A stretch of DNA of 64,000 bases from Vairimorpha necatrix (Eukaryota): contig CP142734.1 in NCBI GenBank assembly GCA_036630325.1, positions 992,001 through 1,056,000 of the forward strand. Reading direction: 5' to 3'. This document shows, piece after piece, positions 10,885 to 19,674 of the stretch. The notes below the pieces were generated by a model. That model ran no database searches. It had not been told where the DNA came from and was given only the letters and a program-made list of their open reading frames with translations. Position 1 is the stretch's first letter; every line of letters begins with the position of its first letter. The position numbers were made by a program, and so were the translations under genes.

Positions 10885-11639
10885 AAATAAAGGGCAAAAA
10901 AATGAAGAGTAAAGATGAATTTAATTATAAATAGGTTTAGACGATTAAGGAATGAATATGAGTAGATAAGTTTTAGACAGAGCCCAATGGATCAAATCAC
11001 AAAAAACATAATAATATTCTATGTTGTAGTTAGAACAACTCAGATGATGAAAATGTCCACGATAATCATTAAATTAAAAAACTCTGCCATGACTAGTGTA
11101 GAAAAGGCAAGCATCATATGGGGGATTTATTAAATATAAAGTACTTGAAGATACTTAAAGGTGCTGGGTAGTTATAGGCCTATGGTATGGAATCCTATTT
11201 AAGGGAAGAGAAGTGGGAGAATAAAATGATTTATTCTCTGCAGGATTCTGTAACACAGTGGCCAATAAAAAAGCCAGGCAGTTTAAGATGCCATGTGTGT
11301 GATACAGATGATTGTAGGGAATTTTAAAGATTCACGACAAGATGCCTCTCTTCTGGGGCTAAATATATCCCGTGTGTAGATCTTTCTGGACATAGATCTA
11401 AACTAGACTCGATTTGAGGTATAGATGGAATTTTATTCTAGTGGTGTCAAGTTGTAATGAACACGGCGGGGACTCTTATTGACTAACTTAATATAAAATG
11501 AGTATCAGTGAGTAAGAATCTCACAGTACCAGTTACATCTAGATACATCTTACTTACAAAATACATGTAACATTTATGATTATCATTTGTTGCTCTCGTT
11601 TCATGTTTTGTGTTTTATTGTCCTCTCATTTTTCTTGTC

Positions 11640-11885
11640 ATGATGCTCTTCGCTCTTTTTCTTAGTGCTTTTTCTCTCTCTAAAGATTTCCTTAGTGCCT
11701 TGAAGGAGGAGGACATTAGAATGGCGAGACACTTGATAAGTCACGGGATGACAGTCACTCACCCTGAGTACCCTTTTCTAAAGACCAGTACGGGAGAATA
11801 TACAGGACATGATACAGAGGAACTTAATGAAGAAGACAGACGGATGGCAAGACATTTATCCCTTGAGGGGTATACCGTCAATTAA
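11640..11885 (+). CDS. small secreted protein with duplicated EEDxRMARHL motif
   Basis: First ATG at 11640 (track starts at GTG 11610). Signal-peptide-like MMLFALFLSAFSLS; internal repeat LKEEDIRMARHL...GMTV / LNEEDRRMARHL...GYTV. Confidence 0.7.
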   Translation: MMLFALFLSAFSLSKDFLSALKEEDIRMARHLISHGMTVTHPEYPFLKTSTGEYTGHDTEELNEEDRRMARHLSLEGYTVN

Positions 11886-12082
11886 ATCTTTATTATATAT
11901 AATTAAGAATATTATTATATTATTAGTTTTTATTATATTTATATAATTATGTTTATATCATTATATAGGTGTCTTATAAAGACTAAATTTTAATAATATA
12001 AAAACATATTATATAAAATTATAATATAAAAACTATTATATAACATAATAAATCATTTTATATATTAAAAAGTTCTCGTTTT

Positions 12083-12724
12083 TTAATTAGTAGTCTTTTT
12101 ATTTATCATCATCTCTAACCACTTAAAAGACATGGCTAAGGGCCCCGTCAGTGCTTCACTACTCTCTTTCACTATACTAACCCACGCCACATTTACAGGC
12201 TGCTCTTCTTCACTCCCAGGGTGGTCAAATATCCCTGTCTTCTTTTTTATATCTTCACACCATTCTACATCATCCTCAGTCTTCCCACACAAGTCTATTT
12301 TATTCATCAATACTGCTATAGGCGCCTTCTTCTCAAACTTCCTTACTTCTTTATAAGCCACATTTACTTCACTAAATCTTTCTGGGTCACTTGTGTCTAC
12401 TATGAATATAATCCCATCACAATTGTAGAAATAATTAGACCAGACTACTCTGGCCTGTTTATGTCCTCCTACATCCACTACAGTGGCTTTTAAGTTGCCG
12501 ATTTCTATATCTGACTTACTTGCATGCCTAGTAGGCATGTATGTCTCATTTGTGCCCCGTTTGAGTTTTCTGACTAGAGAAGTCTTGCCTGCATTGTCTA
12601 TGCCTAAAAAGACAATTGAGGCGGGTTTAGTGAAGAGTTGTCTTATGAAGTTACCAAAGATGAAGTCGTATGTCTTTGATAATTTGTCATAGAATTTTGT
12701 ATAGAATTCTTTGACCTTGTCCAT
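12083..12724 (-). CDS. SAR1: small GTPase Sar1 (COPII)
   Basis: GIDNAGKT, DVGGHKQARVVW, NKID and C-terminal SFKWL. Start placed at gccccaATG (12724) rather than 12763. Confidence 0.88.
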   Translation of the reverse strand: MDKVKEFYTKFYDKLSKTYDFIFGNFIRQLFTKPASIVFLGIDNAGKTSLVRKLKRGTNETYMPTRHASKSDIEIGNLKATVVDVGGHKQARVVWSNYFYNCDGIIFIVDTSDPERFSEVNVAYKEVRKFEKKAPIAVLMNKIDLCGKTEDDVEWCEDIKKKTGIFDHPGSEEEQPVNVAWVSIVKESSEALTGPLAMSFKWLEMMINKKTTN

Positions 12725-12937
12725 TGGGGCAAAACAAAAAAGAAAAACAAAACACAATATCATATATATTATAATTATAATTGTAATATGTACTTATTGT
12801 ATTATATATACTTATTATATTATATATACTTTTTATATTATTTATAATTGTATTATCAAATACACAGTAATTAATATCAAGTAAAACATATTATCAATAC
12901 ACAGTAAATAATATTTAAAATATATCTTTTTTTTTTA

Positions 12938-13414
12938 TTAGAAATGCTTCTTACGGTTTATATTCCTTTTATACATAAAATCCACACTATCTGCTAAACT
13001 TCTATTCAATATTTCTTTATCTATATCCACAAAATAAGTCATAAAAAACAGTGCATCACATCCTTGTAAATAATGTTCTATCTCATTCATCACTGGTATT
13101 CCTACATTATCATCTATAGTAGGATCAAATATAATCTCAATAGACCAGATCTTATTATTTCCTTGTGTAATGTAAATAGACCCGAAAAAATTAAGATGGA
13201 AATTTCTAAAAGTAAAACCAAGGCCCTGATTTGTAAGATACATTTCTACTAAGCCGTATTTTAGTAAATGATTCCTGAAGAGAGGCAAGTGAATGGGGGA
13301 AATGTAGACCATGTTCAGTCTGATGTACCCGTCCTTGTCAAAAAGATCGAGGATCTTGGAACTTGTGGGGTCGAGGAGGAGCTGGTTAATTTTGTAGAGA
13401 ATGTCAGCGTCCAT
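12938..13414 (-). CDS. hypothetical protein (weak by-eye resemblance to LIM-domain-binding/Mfg1 dimerisation domain)
   Basis: ORF with cccctttttaatATG start at 13414; family assignment is tentative. Confidence 0.7.
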   Translation of the reverse strand: MDADILYKINQLLLDPTSSKILDLFDKDGYIRLNMVYISPIHLPLFRNHLLKYGLVEMYLTNQGLGFTFRNFHLNFFGSIYITQGNNKIWSIEIIFDPTIDDNVGIPVMNEIEHYLQGCDALFFMTYFVDIDKEILNRSLADSVDFMYKRNINRKKHF

Positions 13415-13587
13415 ATTAAAAAGGGGTAGTAAAAAAAACAACTAAAATTACAAAGTAAATATGTCAAATTACATAGTATTGAAATTGAAAGAGTCTTATG
13501 CTAGTAAAATTACATAGTATTATACTAATATAAAAAATTTGACCACATTTTTAATATAATTTCTAGACGACATTTCAATTATAGTAT

Positions 13588-15873
13588 TGTTACCAGAAGG
13601 AGAGCTGGTTATTGAAGAAGGCTTTTTATTAGAAGAAGAACTATATTTATTTGGCATGTTTATTCTATTTAAGATTTCTTAAATAGTTTTAGTTTCGGAT
13701 CTGAAACAATCATGTTTCAGATCATTATGATTTGTTTCATCTTTCAGTTTTAGTCTGATTATTGGTGTGTGCAACACAGCCGGTAACACTCTCCCCTCCT
13801 TAGAACAAGGCTTCACTTCCAGGGAAGATGTTATATCCTCCAATATATCGTAGAACTTTTCATTTATAAGACTTAAGGTTTCAAAGGTTCTTCTAGATGT
13901 TCTTTTTGTATTAAGAAATGATCCTCTGTACTTTTTATTGAAAGGTCTCTTCATGTTCCTATATTTAGTTGAGACTAAGATTTCCATTTTATGCATATTA
14001 GCAAGAAGAAATCTTGGTTTTACCTCTTCGTATCTCAAAGAATGTTTACTGAGCATGTTTCTGCTCTGATTATCCGATATTTCATTTCTAGATAATGTAT
14101 AGTAAGACATTATGAACTTTTTACGCGGCTTCTTAAATATATTAAATATTATTCTTTTAAGTTTTATTCTAATGTTATTCAACTCACAGTGCAGAACCAT
14201 AAATAGTAACTTCCAGGTCAGTATTGGTCTCATACCTTCATCTATTTTAGACATTATTTCGGTAAGCACGATCTGCACGATCGCTACTTCCTCGCTCACC
14301 GCGCTTTTATTCACAAATAAAAATGTTTGTTTCTTCACTTCGTGCTCGTAAATTTCTTTTCTCAGAAGAGTTAAATAGTATCGTTTTCTCGGGTCGAGTT
14401 GGTGGTTCAATTTCGCTACACTTAAGTATGTAGAACATTCTTTAATCACGGGGGATTGACATACTTCTTCAATCATGGTTTCTTTTGCTTTTGTTTCTTC
14501 ATTGCATAGGCGCACACCATCGTCTATTTTCGTTACGATCGAACTTAATGAGTCCTTGGTGCTCGTATAGTCGTCTCTTCCCGCGCTTTTATTTACTTGC
14601 GCATTGTTTGGGTTGTTTCCATCGTGTCCGAGTATAATCTTTTGTAAGCAAACAATATGCCTGCTGGTCGATGTACTCATCTCGGTTAATCTCAGATTTC
14701 GATACTGAAGTGAGGTCTGAGCTGTTTCTGTACTTGCTCTTTTTTTAATCCGCATATCTTCTTGTTTTGACACTCTTTTGTCTATACTCTGTGGATAGTT
14801 TCGAATGCATTGGCCTCCTTTAGCCCTTCTTAGTTTCTTTCTATTAACTAAGGTTTTATCAACAAATGAGTTAAATTCACCTGATCCCAGGCGCATTCTT
14901 ACTACATCGCCATTAACGGTTCCTTCGACTGTAGTATCGTTCGTGTCTCTTGACACCGGATCTGCCTCGATTAAAAACACCTCTATTTCCTCGTGTTTAT
15001 TGCAGTCCTTAAGCAAGTGCTCACCTCCGCACTTATAGCATACTACCTTTCTCAGACTCTCTTTCGTCCGTGTAGTATCTGGCCTCGAAGTCCTTGCTTC
15101 CCTTGGCCTATTCTGTTCAGGTCTCTGCCTTGAACTCTCAATAAATTTATGATTTCTCTCATAAATCTTTAGTACAACGTCCCATGACGTTGCCTCTTCC
15201 ACCTTTTCTTTAAGTGACGGTGGGAAATATCTAGCCAACTCCTCCGTAATTTCAGACACGCTAACTCCTGCTTTCTTGTTAAGCTTCATTAGTTCGTATA
15301 TAAAGTTTTCAATTTTCATATTTACAGGTCCAGAGTATAGTCTCTTATAAAGCATTTTAATGGGATTAATTCCCTCCCGGAATTCTTCTTTCCCATATTT
15401 TGTTAGAAATTTCTGTTTGAATTCCATATATCCTTCCACCTCGTCTTCAATTACAGCCTCATACCATAGAAGAGCTGATTCCCCTAAGTATCTCTTAATG
15501 TAATTGAGCAGTTTTATATCATTCCATTCTCCCTCGAGGTATTTAAATTGATTAATCCAGACCCATGCATTCTCGCCTTGGGTACCGTTGAATTTCACCA
15601 TTGTGTTAGTAGATATCCCTAATTTTTCTAGTAGGTGGCCCAATTCGTTGGATTTCGAATAGTTGTCGCCAGTGTTACCAGAAGGAGAGCTGGTTATTGA
15701 AGAAGGCTTTTTATTAGAAGAAGAACTATATTTATTTGGCATGTTTATTCTATTTAAGATTTCTTAAATAGTTTTAGTTTCGGATCTGAAACAATCATGT
15801 TTCAGATCATTATGATTTGTTTCATCTTTCAGTTTTAGTCTGATTATTGGTGTGTGCAACACAGCCGGTAACA
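13588..15873 (-). mobile_element. non-autonomous LTR retrotransposon (Ty3/gypsy-derived), 2286 bp
   Basis: Identical 201-bp LTRs (13588-13788, 15673-15873) with TGTTACC...GGTAACA termini; 5-bp TSD AGTAT (13583-87, 15874-78); PBS TGGCGACAAC next to the 5' LTR; PPT AAGGAGGGGAGAG next to the 3' LTR. Confidence 0.95.
13679..15742 (-). CDS. Gag with zinc knuckle fused to degenerate pol remnants
   Basis: 687 aa; capsid-like KFNG...WINQF...YLGESALLWY; CYKCGGEHLLKDC knuckle; protease site reads LGSGE (no catalytic Asp); no YxDD or integrase DDE found. Confidence 0.8.
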   Translation of the reverse strand: MPNKYSSSSNKKPSSITSSPSGNTGDNYSKSNELGHLLEKLGISTNTMVKFNGTQGENAWVWINQFKYLEGEWNDIKLLNYIKRYLGESALLWYEAVIEDEVEGYMEFKQKFLTKYGKEEFREGINPIKMLYKRLYSGPVNMKIENFIYELMKLNKKAGVSVSEITEELARYFPPSLKEKVEEATSWDVVLKIYERNHKFIESSRQRPEQNRPREARTSRPDTTRTKESLRKVVCYKCGGEHLLKDCNKHEEIEVFLIEADPVSRDTNDTTVEGTVNGDVVRMRLGSGEFNSFVDKTLVNRKKLRRAKGGQCIRNYPQSIDKRVSKQEDMRIKKRASTETAQTSLQYRNLRLTEMSTSTSRHIVCLQKIILGHDGNNPNNAQVNKSAGRDDYTSTKDSLSSIVTKIDDGVRLCNEETKAKETMIEEVCQSPVIKECSTYLSVAKLNHQLDPRKRYYLTLLRKEIYEHEVKKQTFLFVNKSAVSEEVAIVQIVLTEIMSKIDEGMRPILTWKLLFMVLHCELNNIRIKLKRIIFNIFKKPRKKFIMSYYTLSRNEISDNQSRNMLSKHSLRYEEVKPRFLLANMHKMEILVSTKYRNMKRPFNKKYRGSFLNTKRTSRRTFETLSLINEKFYDILEDITSSLEVKPCSKEGRVLPAVLHTPIIRLKLKDETNHNDLKHDCFRSETKTI

Positions 15874-15905
15874 AGTATCAAAAAATAAATTTTTTTTTTT
15901 TTTTT

Positions 15906-17783
15906 TTAATTGGGTTCTTTTAAATTCTCTAAAGCTGTCTGTATTTTATCCACTAAAAACCCATTAGTACTCTCAATCTTCATTAATATCTCCTGAAAAT
16001 CATATTTATTAATAATCCGTATTCTTTCTTCATACCCGTCATCTTTCCACGATAAATTAATCAAAATCCACACTAGTGACAGGTTAAAATCATGAATATT
16101 AAATAAATCTTTAAGTCTTAATAAAACATCATTGTCTTGTAACAACAAGTCTCTGAATTTTATATCATTTGCTGATATATTGACCATACAGTATAAAATG
16201 TGGATAAGTATCTTCTTATTGGTAGTGTTTATTAAGTGGATGAAGATTTTTTTGATTAAGTAATTGCTTATGTGGATCTTGTCACAGACTAGATTTCTAA
16301 TTAAATTGAATAAAACTTCCATCATTTGATTATCATAATATGAATTAGCACCATTACAAACTAATGTGTTATTATCTATATTATTATTATTATTAGATGT
16401 AGTAACATTATTTGATGTGGTATTATCTATATTGATATCTATATTATTAGATATATTGTTATTTGATGTAGTATTACTTAGTAAACTATTATTAGATGAC
16501 AGATTTAATGCATTATTATCTATACTGTTATTTGTGCTTTCTTCTATGTCACTTATAAATCCATTAGTATAATTTTCTGTAATATTTGTTTCATTGTGAT
16601 TAAAAATATTCTCAAACCATTCATCTCCATATTCTAAAAAGTTCATTTTACTCTCTACTGTATTATCATACAAATAATTCTTATATAACCTTAATATCTC
16701 ATACGGATACTCTCTACATCTCTCTACCTTCTCAAACCCTTTTAATTCAACAAAAATCTTCCTATAATTCCCAAACTCTAGTAATAAATTAGTAAAAATA
16801 TTCAATATAATTTTCTTATACGACCTTGTTATCCCTTTATAAATAATTTTATAATCAATATTACTATTTTCTTCTTTTAAAAATTTTATATTATCTTCTT
16901 CAAGTAAATTTAATAATATTTCTATAATAGGAAACTTTATAATTTCACTTCTTAACATAAATACTGATCTAGTTACATTTAATAAAACTAATAACGAATT
17001 TATATCTATAAAATCATTACTAAAATTTTTAAAAATTTTTGATAAATTTATATATTTCCTGTTTTCTTCATTATTAAGTGTCAAAATGTAATCTAAAAAC
17101 ATGTTCTGGTTTAATAAATCTAATTGTTTGTATTTTAAAAATTTTAAACCTTTATCATTATTTTTTAAAAAAAATGCTAAAAAAATTATAAAATTTTTTT
17201 CGTAAATACAATTTACATTAAAAATTTGTAAATCTGGATTTTTTAAAAGTAAAATGTTAAAAATAATAAATTTGTCTTTGTAACTTACAAAATCTAGAGA
17301 TTTTGTAAGTTCGTATGTATTAAAATCTGAATATTTGTAATTTAAAACATTTTTGATTGCTATAACACATGGACAATTTTGTTGAGAATTAGTTAATATT
17401 GAGGAATAAATATCAAATTTTTCTTGTAATTTGTATTTTGTACATATTTTTTTGTATATTTTGATGATTTTTATGTCCAAATATGTGTATGGATATTTTA
17501 TATTAGAAATATAAAGTTCTAACCTATTTAAAAAATTTTTAGGGATTTTTAGAATGTAGTAAATGTCAGTAATGACAGATATATCGTGAGGAGATAAGTT
17601 TATGAAGTTTGATTTGTTGTTTTTTGATAGTATGTCTTGTAATTCTAGATCTAGATTTGATTTTGGAGAATATGGAAGATTGTTTCTGAAATTAATTAAG
17701 TCTGGACATTTTACAGTGTTGATGTTTATATGGCCGATGTAGATGTCTACATTTGATATATGAGAATTTGTAAAATTGAACAT
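15906..17783 (-). CDS. armadillo-repeat protein, ARMC8/Vid28(Gid5)-like (putative)
   Basis: 625 aa. C-terminus ILYCMVNISA...SLVWILINLSWKDDGYEERI...LVDKIQTALENL resembles the ARMC8 C-terminal repeats as recalled. Asn-rich insert. Confidence 0.65.
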   Translation of the reverse strand: MFNFTNSHISNVDIYIGHININTVKCPDLINFRNNLPYSPKSNLDLELQDILSKNNKSNFINLSPHDISVITDIYYILKIPKNFLNRLELYISNIKYPYTYLDIKIIKIYKKICTKYKLQEKFDIYSSILTNSQQNCPCVIAIKNVLNYKYSDFNTYELTKSLDFVSYKDKFIIFNILLLKNPDLQIFNVNCIYEKNFIIFLAFFLKNNDKGLKFLKYKQLDLLNQNMFLDYILTLNNEENRKYINLSKIFKNFSNDFIDINSLLVLLNVTRSVFMLRSEIIKFPIIEILLNLLEEDNIKFLKEENSNIDYKIIYKGITRSYKKIILNIFTNLLLEFGNYRKIFVELKGFEKVERCREYPYEILRLYKNYLYDNTVESKMNFLEYGDEWFENIFNHNETNITENYTNGFISDIEESTNNSIDNNALNLSSNNSLLSNTTSNNNISNNIDINIDNTTSNNVTTSNNNNNIDNNTLVCNGANSYYDNQMMEVLFNLIRNLVCDKIHISNYLIKKIFIHLINTTNKKILIHILYCMVNISANDIKFRDLLLQDNDVLLRLKDLFNIHDFNLSLVWILINLSWKDDGYEERIRIINKYDFQEILMKIESTNGFLVDKIQTALENLKEPN

Positions 17784-18404
17784 TTAGATGAAGAAAAAAA
17801 TAAAAAATGATTTTATATGTTTTTTAATGTTTCAGGTTTGTAGATTATTAGATATGAGAAACCTTTTATATGAAAAAATGTTTTTTAATGTTCGGAGTTT
17901 GTAGATTATTAGATATGAGAAATATTATATATGAGAAATATATAATATGAGAAAATGATTTAATATGAGAAATTAACAAATGAAATTTCATATGAGAAAA
18001 TGAAATTTATGTTTCAAATTAACAAAAGATGACTTTTATAAAATATTGTGTTTAGTCGTTAATTTATATTAAATCAAAATGAAACATATTAAATATTACA
18101 AATAAAGCTACATTTTCTAGTAGATTAATTAATTAAAACTTATTATTTCATGATTATTGGTTTTATTGAATATTTAATTTATTTTTAAAAAGCAATTTTC
18201 TACAGAAGAGAATACCTATAGTTAGTTACATCCAAATTGATACAACTTAAAATAAATTTAAGATAACCTTATTATTCAAAACAACATACTTAGAATATAA
18301 CATATACAGACTTTTTTATACATATAGGGTTTTCATTAAATTTTGTTTATAAAATACAACAAACTCTATTTTACATTTTATGCAAAAAAGCTTAAATACT
18401 CCCA

Positions 18405-19388
18405 ATGTTTTATGCAAAAGATCTTTTATCAATGCAGACTAAATCCGACATTTCTCTCATTTATTATTTATCTACTACTGGTTTCTCCAGACGTATTAGT
18501 AAGAAGGACATTATAAGACTGAATATCAAAGACACTCTCGTGACTGTATTAGACCAGTCTTTTGCTCTTAGATTGTATGGGTTTATTCTTAAAGGCGTGT
18601 CTAAGGTTTACATATTAAAGATTACATATTTTGAGAATGAAGTTACCGATCTTTTAAATTTATTAAGAGTTCGTGTTTTAAAGAAGACTGTTAAGCCTAA
18701 GTTGTCGGTTAGTAGTGACGATGGGGATATTTATGATGGCGGGTTGTGTAGTGAGATAATTAATGATACAGAATATAATATGATGGAAGATTTTAATTGT
18801 ATAAAAAATAATATTAGTTGTATTAAGAATACTAATTGTATTAATACAGATTTGTATCTTAGTTCTGATTTTAATTGTATAAAAACAGAGTATAAAGTCA
18901 GGAATAATAAAATAGTAGACGAGAAGATAGAAGATTCCTCAGAATATTCTAGGAATATAAAGAGGCACAAGCCTCTTTATAAATTTATAAATATTAAAGA
19001 GTATCCTGTTTTCAGATTAATGAATAAGAAAGAATATAAAGATTCTTTGGAAGTGTACAGGAACAAGTCAAGCTCGAATTATCCATCACAGATCTTAAGT
19101 GAGTCGAAAATGTTCTCCAGTAGATTCCTGAATTTCTCTAGTAAATTTGACTCGAATATTTCTCTTGATGAGGATTTTAATATTAAGCAGGCGTCTTGTT
19201 ATTCCTCGGAATATAAAGTCCAATTACTAGATTTACTTCGGCCTGGGAAGTATTTCTCAGAGGTAGTCAGCGGGACAAGGAAGACCAAGGCTCTGATGTT
19301 TTATGAATTACTGAATCTTCTGAGTCAGGACTTAGTAGAATGTAGTCAAGAAAATGAGGATATTTTAATAAGCAGAGTGAGCTACTAA
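18405..19388 (+). CDS. Rad21/Rec8-family cohesin kleisin
   Basis: cccaATG start. N-terminal MFY...LL...ALRLYGFILKGVSKVY and C-terminal winged helix TRKTKALMFYELLNL...SQ...DILI. Confidence 0.85.
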   Translation: MFYAKDLLSMQTKSDISLIYYLSTTGFSRRISKKDIIRLNIKDTLVTVLDQSFALRLYGFILKGVSKVYILKITYFENEVTDLLNLLRVRVLKKTVKPKLSVSSDDGDIYDGGLCSEIINDTEYNMMEDFNCIKNNISCIKNTNCINTDLYLSSDFNCIKTEYKVRNNKIVDEKIEDSSEYSRNIKRHKPLYKFINIKEYPVFRLMNKKEYKDSLEVYRNKSSSNYPSQILSESKMFSSRFLNFSSKFDSNISLDEDFNIKQASCYSSEYKVQLLDLLRPGKYFSEVVSGTRKTKALMFYELLNLLSQDLVECSQENEDILISRVSY

Positions 19389-19674
19389 CAAAAGGGTGAT
19401 ATAAAATTGGCCAATTATCTACTTGTACAAGATAAACAAAAACATAATCTAAAATCTACAAATAAAGAATGAATTATCTAGAAAATTCAGGCATCATTTT
19501 TTATGCGCTGATTACTTCTTTGACTAAATCGATCTATTATTATCTAGAATAGATTTTTATAGTGTTTTAGAATGACTTTGTAAGCAAGTCAGTTTATGTA
19601 TATGTGGTTTTTACCCTTATTATAGTCTTCGTCTTGGACAAGTCAATCCAGATATTATTCTAGAGATATTTGTT

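Noticed and set aside
17810..18000. Local duplication and ATATGAGAAA repeats
   Set aside because: Ordinary slippage-type repeats in an AT-rich intergenic region.
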